Positions 17,418-27,546 of a stretch of DNA of 50,034 bases are shown here, piece by piece. The position numbers and the translations under genes were made by a program. Source of the stretch: Candidatus Thorarchaeota archaeon (GTDB lineage: Archaea; Asgardarchaeota; Thorarchaeia; Thorarchaeales; Thorarchaeaceae). Numbering within the stretch: position 1 is the first letter of the stretch; every line of letters starts with the position of its first letter. The DNA lies in contig WTCK01000070.1 in NCBI GenBank assembly GCA_013138615.1, forward strand, positions 1 through 50,034, written 5' to 3'. Under the pieces are notes generated by a model. The model saw nothing but the letters and a program-made list of their open reading frames with translations. It ran no database searches and was not told where the DNA came from.

Positions 17418-19699
17418 TCATCAGAGGATTCGAAGTCCTCTAATAGAGTCTGCATTGGACCCAAATCGCCTTCATCATCTGAGGAGGCTTGAGTAGACTG
17501 GCCCATTGTGCCAACCTCAATGCCCAGTTGTTTCTTGATTGAAGTTGCCACACCGGTCCCTATCGTTGCCACACGTGCAAGCTCCTCAAGGGGTGTATGA
17601 TACAAATCAGCCATTGTACGCAGTCCATGGTTATGTAGCATTCTTCCTCTGATGCGCCCAACTCCTCTGAGCGTAACAAGTTCAAGTAGCTCCTGACGTA
17701 CACCATATTTCATTCTCGAATGGAGTGTATGCAAAATCGGCACATGATGAGTTGCCCCTGTGACTCGGGCAATCTCTGATGCTGAATAAAGCAGCCATCC
17801 AGCAGTTTCGATATAGCGACGAACGTCGCCTAAGCCGACACTATAGTCCTCAGTAATATCTCTCTCTGACCGCTCCGAGAGCCAATCTTGCAGCATGCGA
17901 GCGGTTTTGACTTGGGCCAGAAATGAAGAGTAGTCATCTGGGCTCGCCCAGCTGTCTGGCGGGTCTATGAGAAAGTCATCAAGGTGACCTTCGACATAGT
18001 ATTCATAATCCTCAATCTCAGAACGGGCTACGTAAGTGGTAGGCTGGTCTGGAGTATGACAAATGAGGTGAAGCACTCCAATTGATGAGAGAGTTTGCGC
18101 TTCAGAAAGAGCATCTCGAAGCAGGATGGCCGTGTATGGATCTATGTACAACCTGGAAGCTCTTTGACCCAAAGGAGTGGCCTCCAGTGTGCCATGCCCA
18201 TTGCACTCCAGCAAGCCTCCATTCTCAAGAAAAGCTAAAGCAGCTGAGATATGATCTTCGATTTCCCAGCTTTCAAATTGGGACGAGAAGAAAGTGCCAC
18301 TAATCAGACCGTCTATCTCATCACGGTTATGGGTCATCTCCGCGGCAACTGAGGCCAACAGATGAGAGCGTAATGCAGAGGGAGAAGCCAACTTGGAAGT
18401 GATTGATTCGGGTTCTGAAAGCACGTAATGGTCCATCAGGGACTCCTGTTCTTGTTCAGTCTTAGCGATTAGTATTGCCTCGCCATAATTGTCGTACTTA
18501 GGTCGTCCTGCACGGCCTGCCATCTGCTTGTATTCAAGTATGGGGATTGTGTAGTTTCCTCGACTTTTTTCAAAACGATGATAGTCGCGTATTATTACCC
18601 TTCTTGCGGGCAAGTTTACGCCAGCAGCGAGTGTGGGGGTGGCAATGATTACCTTCAACTGGTCCGTCTTGAAGCATTCTTCAACTTGAGATCGCTCACG
18701 ATTCGCCAAACCAGCATGGTGAAAGGCCACGCCCATACTCATTACTCGAGCAAGAGTCTTGGAAGATTCAGGAACTGACTCGCCACTCCCGATTCGATTA
18801 GCTATTCTGGAGAGATCTGTAAGAGTGTCTTTGGTAACGTATGGACGTACACTGGACGCTAGTTTCTTGGCGACTGATACTGTGGACCTTCGGCTTGATA
18901 CAAACACCAAAACTTGGCCTTTCTCATCAAGGATGTCACAAACAAGGTCAGTTAATTCCTCTCTGCGAGCTCGCTTAATTCCCCTCGTTGATCCGTCATT
19001 GAACAGAATTGTGCCATCGAGTAGGACTCCTTCACGTAATGGTACAGGACGCCAATCACTTCTCACAAGTTTTGCGTCCAGCCAGTCAGCTATCTCTCCG
19101 GCATTTGATATTGTTGCGCTTAGTGCTACAATCTGGATCTCCGGGATTATTTGCAATAGCTTTGCTAATACCATTTCAACTGTGGGACCTCTTGATGGAT
19201 CGTTCACGAGATGGACTTCGTCAATTGTAATGATTCCGACTTCGCTCAACCAATTTGTACCATGACGAATGAGTGAATCTGCTCTTTCCGTTGTCAGTAT
19301 GATAATGTCGGCATCATGCAGACGTGTGCCTGGTGAGTCATAATCTCCCACTGACATCGCCGTCGTGATTCCAAGCTGCTCATATTTCTTAAATTCAACA
19401 TACTTTTCATGGGCAAGAGAACGTAGTGGGACTAAGTAGAGAGCTTTGCCTTTCCCCTCTAAAATTGTCTTGAGCATGCAGATCTCAGCAACAAGTGTTT
19501 TTCCTGAGCTTGTGGGGATTGCAAGTACAAGGTTTTTGCCTTCAAGTACACCTGTTTCAAAAGCATGTTCTTGAGGGGGAAAGAGCTTGCTTATGCCGAA
19601 ACTATGAAGGAGATCGATAATCTTCCGATTGATTGGAAGGCTTTCCAGGGTCTTTTTCTTCCTTGTCATTGGGACACCTGTTGTGAATTCTGTGTTCAA
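17414..19699 (-). CDS. hel308: Hel308/Hjm Ski2-like DNA helicase
   Basis: 761 aa. Motif I AIPTSSGKT, motif II DEVH, motif III SAT, and ATPTLAAGVNLPARRVII. It also has a C-terminal HhH-like domain and an acidic tail. Overlaps the mcm stop by 4 nt. Confidence 0.9.
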   Translation of the reverse strand: MNTEFTTGVPMTRKKKTLESLPINRKIIDLLHSFGISKLFPPQEHAFETGVLEGKNLVLAIPTSSGKTLVAEICMLKTILEGKGKALYLVPLRSLAHEKYVEFKKYEQLGITTAMSVGDYDSPGTRLHDADIIILTTERADSLIRHGTNWLSEVGIITIDEVHLVNDPSRGPTVEMVLAKLLQIIPEIQIVALSATISNAGEIADWLDAKLVRSDWRPVPLREGVLLDGTILFNDGSTRGIKRARREELTDLVCDILDEKGQVLVFVSSRRSTVSVAKKLASSVRPYVTKDTLTDLSRIANRIGSGESVPESSKTLARVMSMGVAFHHAGLANRERSQVEECFKTDQLKVIIATPTLAAGVNLPARRVIIRDYHRFEKSRGNYTIPILEYKQMAGRAGRPKYDNYGEAILIAKTEQEQESLMDHYVLSEPESITSKLASPSALRSHLLASVAAEMTHNRDEIDGLISGTFFSSQFESWEIEDHISAALAFLENGGLLECNGHGTLEATPLGQRASRLYIDPYTAILLRDALSEAQTLSSIGVLHLICHTPDQPTTYVARSEIEDYEYYVEGHLDDFLIDPPDSWASPDDYSSFLAQVKTARMLQDWLSERSERDITEDYSVGLGDVRRYIETAGWLLYSASEIARVTGATHHVPILHTLHSRMKYGVRQELLELVTLRGVGRIRGRMLHNHGLRTMADLYHTPLEELARVATIGTGVATSIKKQLGIEVGTMGQSTQASSDDEGDLGPMQTLLEDFESSDD

Positions 19700-21828
19700 C
19701 TCTGGGCACGTCTAACCTTGCCCTCCCTAGGATGAAAGAGGATGCCTTCTGCAACTAGCTTTTTAATTACTTGTTCCGCTCTATCGCGCGGAAGACCCAT
19801 TGACTGCACTCGTTGAAGCAGTGCCTCTTCATCAATAGTGGAAGTTCCTTCAGATTCCATGTCCCTCATCACTTTGAGGATAATATCAGAAGAACTACGT
19901 TGGGCTGCGCTCATTTTTGATACTAGACGGTCTATGTCAATTTTGCCAGTGATACTATCGAGCGCAACCATTCGCAGCGACGCTTCCATTAGCCGCACTG
20001 CAGCTTGCGCATCTTCCTTGTTCACCTTGGACCTTAACGCCATCCGAGCTCTTGACTCAGCAAGACGAACCAAGGATTCCAGCTGACGTGCAGTTATGGG
20101 GACAGGTGCTGCGCCACCCTCTGCAGTCTTTCGAAGATCAACATAGAAGTTTTCAATCACTTCTGCGGCTTCAGAAGTGAGTTGAGGCACAACGTATCGA
20201 TTGGCATAGCCAATGTACTTCTTCAGAAATGCCGGCGGGAGTGGCGGCGTTGCAGACTCGGTTGATATTTTTTTCCTCTGATGCAACCCAAGAATGAACT
20301 GTGCCAGCTTTCGGTCTTTGGTGACTTCTACTGTATCAACCATAATCCACATTAGATCAAACCTCGAGAGGATTGTGAATGGGAGCCGTATATTATCTTG
20401 TACAGAGAGCGAAGGCTCATACCTGCCAAGTGTCGGATTTGCTGCTGCCAGTATTGATGTTCTTGCATTCAATGTTGCTATGATTCCAGCCTTCGCGATA
20501 CTAACTGTGTGTTGTTCCATGGCCTCGTGAATTGCATTCCTATCATTCGGGTCCATTTTGTCAAACTCGTCGATACATGCGATTCCTTGGTCAGCCAATA
20601 CTAATGCCCCTGCTTCCAGAGTCATGGCGCCTGTTTCGGTATCATGGATTACTGCAGCAGTAAGACCTGCAGCAGTAGTACCTTTGCCAGAAGTGTACAA
20701 CGCTCGTGCAGCCAAACCGGAAACGAACTTGAGAATCTGACTCTTCCCGGTGCCTGGGTCTCCAATCATCAGAATGTTTGATTTACCTCTGAGGCGGGTG
20801 CCGTCTGGCAGCTGTTTCGCAACTCCACCAAAGAGAAGAAGTGCGATTGACTCCTTAATTTGTTCGTGACCATGAATGGAGGGTGCAATTGAAGCGTATA
20901 TCCTCTCGTAAACATACTGATCTTCCGCCAGCTCCCGTATCTTTTTCTCATCTTCCTCAGAGATTTCCAACTGCTCGTATTCTTTCTCTGTAATCTCTAC
21001 GCCGTTTGCATCGATAAATACATTGAACGTTGCCAGTCTGCCGCCACGTCTGGAGAAATCGGGTGTTGTTTCAAGAAGCCCTGTTACTTTAACGAAGTCG
21101 CCCGGTCTTGATATGTCAACGATGTCACCTTCAAGAATGACATCAACAGACCGCGGCATCTGACCGGGAGGCAGCTCCTCGGGGGATTCTTGAATTCTCA
21201 CCTTTTGCCAATCGATGAAATGGGATAGCTCTGGAATAAGCCGCATGGCTGTCTTCTTTCCACAAACAGGACAGAGTGCCGGCTCTGTGTATCTTCCGTC
21301 CTCTTGAGTCTGAGGAATATCGCCCCCACAGATGCGACATCTGAACATTGCTTCAACTAGAAGCGGTTTGACTATACTCGCCCGCATCATGATGCCACTG
21401 ATGTGTAACAGTCGTCCGATATGTTTTGAACGAATGGCCCTGAGCGGAATATGCTCAGGGTAATCAATAATTCTAACTTTTAGCATATTCGTGTCGATGG
21501 TGCTAACATACTCTGGGTCCTCAATCTTCAAAACTGAAACCAAGGCGCCATTAATCATCTTCAAGAATTGTGAAGGATCCTCTGTGGCTAGCGTTATGAA
21601 CACACTGTCAAAACTGGCCAAATCTTGAAAGTTTACAACAATTGATGACTCGTCGTTAATCGACATTTGCTGTAAACGTGACCAATAAGCAAGCTTGCCT
21701 TCCTCATCCTTGTAGGTGCGAAGAAACTCTTCGAATCGTTCTTGTGGACCTTCATCGTTAAGCCCGGACATCAAACTGCGCCTCGAAGTTATTGCATTAA
21801 AGGGGGATTCGGCCGAGCATCTGCTCAA
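19696..21828 (-). CDS. mcm: Minichromosome maintenance replicative helicase
   Basis: 710 aa. C4 zinc motif CRICGG...CPVCG, Walker A GDPGTGKSQ, Walker B CIDEFDKM and arginine finger SRFDL. The length indicates no intein. Confidence 0.95.
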   Translation of the reverse strand: MSRCSAESPFNAITSRRSLMSGLNDEGPQERFEEFLRTYKDEEGKLAYWSRLQQMSINDESSIVVNFQDLASFDSVFITLATEDPSQFLKMINGALVSVLKIEDPEYVSTIDTNMLKVRIIDYPEHIPLRAIRSKHIGRLLHISGIMMRASIVKPLLVEAMFRCRICGGDIPQTQEDGRYTEPALCPVCGKKTAMRLIPELSHFIDWQKVRIQESPEELPPGQMPRSVDVILEGDIVDISRPGDFVKVTGLLETTPDFSRRGGRLATFNVFIDANGVEITEKEYEQLEISEEDEKKIRELAEDQYVYERIYASIAPSIHGHEQIKESIALLLFGGVAKQLPDGTRLRGKSNILMIGDPGTGKSQILKFVSGLAARALYTSGKGTTAAGLTAAVIHDTETGAMTLEAGALVLADQGIACIDEFDKMDPNDRNAIHEAMEQHTVSIAKAGIIATLNARTSILAAANPTLGRYEPSLSVQDNIRLPFTILSRFDLMWIMVDTVEVTKDRKLAQFILGLHQRKKISTESATPPLPPAFLKKYIGYANRYVVPQLTSEAAEVIENFYVDLRKTAEGGAAPVPITARQLESLVRLAESRARMALRSKVNKEDAQAAVRLMEASLRMVALDSITGKIDIDRLVSKMSAAQRSSSDIILKVMRDMESEGTSTIDEEALLQRVQSMGLPRDRAEQVIKKLVAEGILFHPREGKVRRAQS

Positions 21829-21882
21829 CCCTCATTGTAAAGTCCTTTGGAGTTATATTTAAGCTCCTGTATTTCATGAAGT

Positions 21883-22440
21883 CTATTCCATTACTTTTGT
21901 GCGCCAAACAGAGAGTATCTCTGCCATCTCCTCACACAACCATCGTTCTTCATTCGTCATCTGCTTTCGCTTTTCTTGGTAGGCACCTGATTTGGCCACG
22001 CGGATTATTTTAGAAAGTCGGGTTTCCACTAAGAATGGAATCATGCGCTGCATCCTCTCAATCTCTTCGTATCTACGAGGATCGATTGAGGTTCTGTCCT
22101 CTTGGAGTCGATGCATCTTGCGATTGAGCGCAGCATACAGAAACGGATGAAACGTCTGAAGCTTATGAGGCTGTTTTTCCTCCTCTCGATGAAGATTCAG
22201 AAGGCGTCTCAATGATTCGTAGGCATCCTCAGGAGCTATGTTAGCCAATCCATGTGTCACGAATTGCTCTACAACCCAGTTAGGTAGATTTGCCTGCTCA
22301 CCGGATTGAAAAGGGCCTAGTTTTCGGCCTCCGACTATTAGCTCGGGGGCTTGTTCCTTGAATGTGCATGTTCGGGAGTCATTCATGAATAACATTCTGA
22401 AGCGGTCAATAGCTTCTGTAGATTCGCTGCGGAGCTTCAT
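21883..22440 (-). CDS. GINS complex subunit (subtype undetermined)
   Basis: ~185 aa, helical, immediately upstream of mcm on the same strand (a known archaeal gins-mcm arrangement). The LPNWVVEQFVTHGLA segment resembles the GINS LP.W.A..L...G.A motif. The maximal ORF begins at 22467; ATG 22440 (MKLRSES) seems likelier. Confidence 0.55.
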   Translation of the reverse strand: MKLRSESTEAIDRFRMLFMNDSRTCTFKEQAPELIVGGRKLGPFQSGEQANLPNWVVEQFVTHGLANIAPEDAYESLRRLLNLHREEEKQPHKLQTFHPFLYAALNRKMHRLQEDRTSIDPRRYEEIERMQRMIPFLVETRLSKIIRVAKSGAYQEKRKQMTNEERWLCEEMAEILSVWRTKVME

Positions 22441-22691
22441 GATGGTTGCACTACACGCAACTCGCATCCCAATGTGATAAAGACATTGCCGTAAAATGGC
22501 TCAGTGAATTATGACAAAGACAAGGTTGTTTGTATTAGGATGTCAGATTAGTCGCAGTTCATAAGCATAAGGAACGTAATAGAGTTGCCAAGACTCTCCG
22601 GTGAATCTTTTAAAGGTCTTACAGAATGTGTTTACCGTTCCTCTCTGCGGAAGGCAGAAATTTCAACTTCGTATTCAGGAAGGGATTTTGA

Positions 22692-23636
22692 ATGGATGTC
22701 GATCTATGGACTGAAAAGTATCGCCCGCGGACACTGAATGATATCATCGGGCAAGAGCCTGTAGTCGACAGGTTAGTCAGGTTCGTTAAAGCAAGAGCGG
22801 TACCTCACTGCCTATTCGCAGGTCCCCCGGGGACTAGTAAGACCACTGCGGTCGTGGCAATGGCCAGGGATCTCTTTGGTGAATCTTTCGATCGTAACTT
22901 CATGGAACTGAATGCAAGTGATGAGAGGGGCATCGATGTTGTGAGGAATCAGATTAAGAACTTCGCAAGGGCAATGCCAGCTGGTGATGCCCCATTCAGG
23001 ATTCTTGCCTTAGATGAGGCGGATCATTTGACTGGAGATGCTCAGCATGCTCTGAGACGAACTATGGAGTCATACGCGGCGTCCTGCAGAATGATTCTGC
23101 TATGTAACTACTCAAGCCGGATAATTCCGCCGATTCAGTCAAGATGTGCCATCTTCAAGTTCGCTCGACTTAGCGATGAAGCGATATCAGGGAGACTGAA
23201 GTATATCGCAAAGGCAGAAGGAGTCAAGCTGAGCACCAAGGGAATTGATGCGATTCTCTACCTTTCTAATGGTGATATGAGAGCTGCAATCAATTTGTTG
23301 CAAGCATCATCATCTACAGGTGAGAAAATCACCGACGATGTTATCTATGCCATTTCTGGACGTGCTGATCCTGAGAGAATCAGGAGTATGCTGAGTGCAT
23401 CCCAAGAGAAAAGATACCACGAAGCCCTTGATATCTTGAAAGACCTGACGTATTATCAAGGTGTTTCACCCGTAGATTTGGTTCGACAAATTCACCGAGA
23501 AGTACTATCATCCGAACTCCCTGAGCAACGAAAAATGAATGTGCTGGAAAGAACTGCAGAGGCAGAGTTTAGAATATCAGAGGGAGCAGATGGGGAAATT
23601 CAGCTGGCTGCATTACTTGCCTTTATGGGGCTGTGA
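22692..23636 (+). CDS. rfcS: Replication factor C small subunit
   Basis: 314 aa. WTEKYRP, Walker A GPPGTSKTT, LDEADHLT and the SRC motif (QSRCAIFKF). No intein. Confidence 0.95.
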   Translation: MDVDLWTEKYRPRTLNDIIGQEPVVDRLVRFVKARAVPHCLFAGPPGTSKTTAVVAMARDLFGESFDRNFMELNASDERGIDVVRNQIKNFARAMPAGDAPFRILALDEADHLTGDAQHALRRTMESYAASCRMILLCNYSSRIIPPIQSRCAIFKFARLSDEAISGRLKYIAKAEGVKLSTKGIDAILYLSNGDMRAAINLLQASSSTGEKITDDVIYAISGRADPERIRSMLSASQEKRYHEALDILKDLTYYQGVSPVDLVRQIHREVLSSELPEQRKMNVLERTAEAEFRISEGADGEIQLAALLAFMGL

Positions 23637-23642
23637 CTGAAC

Positions 23643-24863
23643 GTGAGCAAGGAAAGTCTCCCATGGCCAGAGAGATACAGACCAATAAGCCAAGAGCAAC
23701 TTGTGGGGAATATTGACACAATTCACGCGCTGAGGGAGTGGATATCATCTTGGAGGAGAGGGATTCCTAAGAAAAGGGCAATACTCCTTATCGGTCCGCC
23801 AGGAGTAGGAAAGACAGCATCCATTTGTGCATTGAGCCACGACCTAAACATGGAACTAGTTGAATTCAATGCGAGTGATAAGCGCAACAAGGGGAGTATA
23901 GAAACAACCGTCTGGATAGCTGCCACTCAACAGACTATTGATGGACGTTTGAGGATAATTATGCTCGACGAAGTAGATGGGCTTTCGGGAACAAGTGATC
24001 GTGGAGGAGTTGGCGCAATACTAAGTGTGATTGCAGAGTCTGTACATCCAATTGTGATGACAGCAAATGATCCCAGTAGTCCCCGTTTGAAAGACTTGAG
24101 AAAGAATTCCCTTGTGTTGGTCTTTAGACCTCTAGAACCCAGTGATGTTATGGGTGTGTTGAGGCGGATAGCTGGTAGTCAAAATGTGATTGTGAAAGAT
24201 GAGATTCTAGAGGATATAACGGACCGCTCTGCTGGAGACCTTCGTGCTGCGATATCAGACTTGGAAGTTATCCTGAAGGGGGGATCTCTTCTAGAGGGAG
24301 AGCTTCCCTCACGGGACATCAAGCGCAATGTGAAGGAGGCACTTCGTCGACTCTTCATGACCACCGACTCAGCTGCAGCACGGAGAATTGTGTCTGAGGC
24401 TGATATCGATTATGAGAGCCTACTGCTATGGCTTGAGCAGAATATGCATCTCCATCTTAGGAGTGCCAAGGAATTGGACTTGGGATTTGAGGCGCTATCT
24501 CTCGGAGACCTTACTCTGGGACGAATAATGCGAAAGCAGAACTGGAAACTGCTCTCTTACGTCTATGACTTCCTCTCTGCAGGAGTAGCGACTAGTCGAC
24601 AAGAATCGCCATTTCGGCATGTTGACTATGCTGAACCCACTTGGCCACTGCTGGTCTGGCAAGGAAACAGAAAGAGGGATAAAAAGACGCAGATTCTCAC
24701 GAAACTAGCGAAGTTCACAGGTGTTTCTGTTAAAAGAGGCGCTCACACGCATCATGATACAATTGAGAGAATGCTTGAGAGAGAGCCGAAGTTGAAAGAA
24801 GCCTTTGCCAGCTGGCTTGAAATCAAGAGTGTTGCCTTCAGCCGGAGTCGAAGCCCTCGGTAA
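23643..24863 (+). CDS. rfcL: Replication factor C large subunit
   Basis: 406 aa. WPERYRP, GPPGVGKTA, IMLDEVDG and GDLRAAISDLE. GTG start 6 nt after rfcS. Confidence 0.85.
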   Translation: MSKESLPWPERYRPISQEQLVGNIDTIHALREWISSWRRGIPKKRAILLIGPPGVGKTASICALSHDLNMELVEFNASDKRNKGSIETTVWIAATQQTIDGRLRIIMLDEVDGLSGTSDRGGVGAILSVIAESVHPIVMTANDPSSPRLKDLRKNSLVLVFRPLEPSDVMGVLRRIAGSQNVIVKDEILEDITDRSAGDLRAAISDLEVILKGGSLLEGELPSRDIKRNVKEALRRLFMTTDSAAARRIVSEADIDYESLLLWLEQNMHLHLRSAKELDLGFEALSLGDLTLGRIMRKQNWKLLSYVYDFLSAGVATSRQESPFRHVDYAEPTWPLLVWQGNRKRDKKTQILTKLAKFTGVSVKRGAHTHHDTIERMLEREPKLKEAFASWLEIKSVAFSRSRSPR

Positions 24864-25653
24864 GAGCGGAAAGAGTCATTGTAGAACGGTGAAGATAGCC
24901 AAGTCGTCTTGCGAGTTCTTTCTGCATTCTTCTTCTGCCGTGTTTGCTCACGTTCATGCGAATCGGCACTACTACGTCCAACAAAACAAGACTCTCTGGT
25001 GGAGCGGGGGCAATCCCCCCGGGAAGTACATTGGTTTGTTCCAAGAGCTTGCGTATTGTGTTCAGCTGAAGTTCGCCAGTTCCAATCCTGATCAATAGGG
25101 AAACTATCTTTCGAACAAGTTTCCAGAGAAAACTAATGCCATAGACATCAATCGTGAGAGTCCCGTCTGACGCCCTCAAACTCATATTCAGGATTGTTGC
25201 AGACGTGCCACGGTTTCCATCGGGCTTTGACAATAGCGAGAAATTGTGTGATCCCGTTAGGAGCTGTGTAGCTTGTTTCATCAAGGAAAGGTCAAGATTG
25301 AGTTCGGTGGTGTCAAGGTAGTATCTGTAATGCCTCATGAGTATACTATAGCGCGGTTTGAAATCTTCGGGAGCTTTGGCATGCGCCCACAGTCTGATGT
25401 CATCTGGTAGGTACTTGTTTACACCATCAACATCAAAACGCTTGTTCGTCTTAACTAACACTATCTGACCGACGCTGTGCACCCCTTTGTCAGTCCTGCC
25501 AGCAAGCTGAACCGTGGAGGATGAATGGGTTTCTCCACTCCATGCGGCCAAGGCATCGATGAGTTCGCCTTGAACTGTACGTAGACCGGGTTGCCACTGG
25601 GATCCATGATATTCATCCCCGAGATAGAAGAGTCGTCCAATGTAAGATGTCAA
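24838..25653 (-). CDS. truA: tRNA pseudouridine synthase A
   Basis: GRTDKGVHSVGQ holds the catalytic Asp motif. The N-terminus YLGDEYHGSQWQPG is TruA-like. The maximal ORF extends to 25770 but overlaps the upstream wHTH gene by ~100 nt. TTG at 25651-25653 (MTSYIGRLFYLG) follows that gene's stop. Confidence 0.8.
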   Translation of the reverse strand: MTSYIGRLFYLGDEYHGSQWQPGLRTVQGELIDALAAWSGETHSSSTVQLAGRTDKGVHSVGQIVLVKTNKRFDVDGVNKYLPDDIRLWAHAKAPEDFKPRYSILMRHYRYYLDTTELNLDLSLMKQATQLLTGSHNFSLLSKPDGNRGTSATILNMSLRASDGTLTIDVYGISFLWKLVRKIVSLLIRIGTGELQLNTIRKLLEQTNVLPGGIAPAPPESLVLLDVVVPIRMNVSKHGRRRMQKELARRLGYLHRSTMTLSALTEGFDSG

Positions 25654-25669
25654 TTGACTCAGGGCTCCA

Positions 25670-25966
25670 TTATGATTCCCACAAATCGATGAGATTCCTA
25701 AGAGAACGGGCACGCATATCCTCGATGCGATATCTATAGATTTTGATTCGTCCAAAAACCTTCTCTTCAATAAGGCCTGTTTTCATAAGAACCTCGAGGT
25801 GTTGCTTCGTTGAGCTATGATTAAGGCCAACGCGTTTGCATAGTTCTGTGATGTTTAACTCGCTTGATGTTGCGAGTTCCCGGATTATCTTGATCCGTCC
25901 CCTCGAAGAGAACAGTTCTTCAATAGGAATCTTCGTCTGTGTTTGTAAATCCATAGGGGTCACCAC
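25670..25966 (-). CDS. ArsR-family winged-HTH transcriptional regulator
   Basis: 98 aa: RGRIKIIRELATSSELNITELCKRVGLNHSSTKQHLEVLMKTGLIEEKVFGRIKIYR. It lies 8 nt downstream of orc1/cdc6. Confidence 0.7.
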   Translation of the reverse strand: MVTPMDLQTQTKIPIEELFSSRGRIKIIRELATSSELNITELCKRVGLNHSSTKQHLEVLMKTGLIEEKVFGRIKIYRYRIEDMRARSLRNLIDLWES

Positions 25967-25974
25967 ATCGTTGA

Positions 25975-27168
25975 CTATTTTAGCAGTTCCAAAAGAAATC
26001 GTTCTAGCATCTCAGCGGGCACGTCAGAGAGGCCAATGAGTGTGGTCTGTCCTCTTTGCCCCGCTCCAGAGCGCTTCGTATCTAGTACGCCATGTGCATT
26101 AAGGTTTTGAACCCATTCCCAGACTTGCGTGTGTGCCCGTGGCTCTTCGTCATATTCCTCACAGACTGCTCGATACATCTCTTCAACCTCCCCCATTGTC
26201 ACATAGGCACTCCTAACTTCCTTAAGTTGTCTAGCTGCGGCTAGAAGGACTAGTTTGTTGTGAATTGGAAGTGTAGCGAAAATCTCCTTTCGGAGCTCGG
26301 GATGTGTGTCGACCTTTGCTTGGCGGGCATAGTCAGGGATTACGATTTTTGCGCGGTTACGATCAGCTTGCTTTCCTGCTCGCCATAGTAGTTCGATGGC
26401 GTATCTGGCATCTCCTTGCTCCGATGCGATGTCAGAAATAACTTGCAGTGTTTCATCCATTACCGCGTCATTCTCGAAAGCAATCTTTACTCTATCTTCT
26501 AGAATAGCACAGAGAGCTTCTGAACTGTATCTCTCGAATCGCATAAGATTCCGCTGGAGAGTGCTCAAAATGCTTGAATCAAGGACGTCTCCATCGAGAG
26601 GTATATTTCGTCCCACTGCAATCATGGAGAGTCGTTGTGGTGCGTTCAATCGATCATCCATCAAACGTGTAAGGTCATATAGAATGTTACCTCCCCTCTG
26701 ATTGATGAAATAGTCAAGTTCGTCTAGAATCAGGAGCAGATAACGGTCCTCCGCATCTAGGATTTCTACTAACATCTGCAAAAGTTCTTCAGGCGAGTGG
26801 CCTCGCCGGGGGAATTTCGGTTTGAATTCTCTTAACATTCGCAAATACACTAGATACTCGCTCTTGTTAATCCTGCAGTTGATGTGAAGCTTATGCAGGT
26901 GAATTCCGCGTCTCTCGGCAGCTTGAACCATTTGTTCTGTGAATCGCTTTGCAACCGCCGTCTTGCCCGTCCCAACTGGTCCTTCAATTATAAATCGCTG
27001 ACTGGTGCGTCCTGGAGTTGTTATGAGTGTCTTGAAGCTCTGTGCCAAGGCCCTTAGTTCTAGTTCTCGATGTGGAAGAGCTTCAGGAACATAGTCGATG
27101 GATAGAAATTGCTCTGACTTGAACACACTGCGCCGACCCAGTTCTTCCTCAACATAATCGTGGGGCAT
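25975..27168 (-). CDS. cdc6: Orc1/Cdc6 replication initiator
   Basis: 397 aa. Walker A GPVGTGKTA, Walker B LLILDELDYF, the initiator-specific region, and a C-terminal winged helix (GRGQTTLIGL). Confidence 0.95.
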   Translation of the reverse strand: MPHDYVEEELGRRSVFKSEQFLSIDYVPEALPHRELELRALAQSFKTLITTPGRTSQRFIIEGPVGTGKTAVAKRFTEQMVQAAERRGIHLHKLHINCRINKSEYLVYLRMLREFKPKFPRRGHSPEELLQMLVEILDAEDRYLLLILDELDYFINQRGGNILYDLTRLMDDRLNAPQRLSMIAVGRNIPLDGDVLDSSILSTLQRNLMRFERYSSEALCAILEDRVKIAFENDAVMDETLQVISDIASEQGDARYAIELLWRAGKQADRNRAKIVIPDYARQAKVDTHPELRKEIFATLPIHNKLVLLAAARQLKEVRSAYVTMGEVEEMYRAVCEEYDEEPRAHTQVWEWVQNLNAHGVLDTKRSGAGQRGQTTLIGLSDVPAEMLERFLLELLK

Positions 27169-27435
27169 CTTGTTGTTTGCTCACTTATGGATGCATAAAA
27201 GGATTACGTGCAGTGTGCGATTAAATGTACACTGACGGCAGAGGTTACCGAAAGTAATTGTGGCGAGCTCCTCACTCAAGATCCATATCATCGTCATGTT
27301 TGACTCATCGGGGTCATAGCAATCATCACTCGCCAAGTATAGATTCATCCTAATGCCCTTAAACTTGACTGCAGGAACATGATATGACATGTACAAATGA
27401 TAACGCATCTGGGATGGAATATAGGAACAAAAGTG

Positions 27436-27509
27436 TGCGGCCACCGGGATTTGAACCCGGGCAAGAAGCTTGGGAAGCTTCCATCCTAACCAAACTAGAC
27501 CATGGCCGC
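27436..27509 (-). tRNA. tRNA-Gly(CCC)
   Basis: Minus strand: GCGGCCA TG GTCT AGTTTGGTTA GGAT G GAAGC TTCCCAA GCTTC TTGC CCGGG TTCAAAT CCCGG TGGCCGC A. 74 nt, all four stems pair, no CCA encoded. The track ORF 27181..27555 overlaps it and is spurious. Confidence 0.85.
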
Positions 27510-27533
27510 TTGGCAGCCCGCATTGTATCACAG

Positions 27534-27546
27534 GATAAAAAAAAGG
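27534..27546 (-). promoter_or_regulatory. TATA-like box upstream of tRNA-Gly
   Basis: The minus strand reads CCTTTTTTTTATC, about 27-35 nt upstream of the tRNA 5' end. Confidence 0.35.

Noticed and set aside
19696-24863. Inteins in MCM, RFC or other replication proteins
   Set aside because: MCM (710 aa), RFC-S (314 aa), RFC-L (406 aa), Cdc6 (397 aa) and PyrG (558 aa) all have canonical lengths. Their catalytic motifs are contiguous, and there are no Cys/Ser...HN splice-junction insertions.
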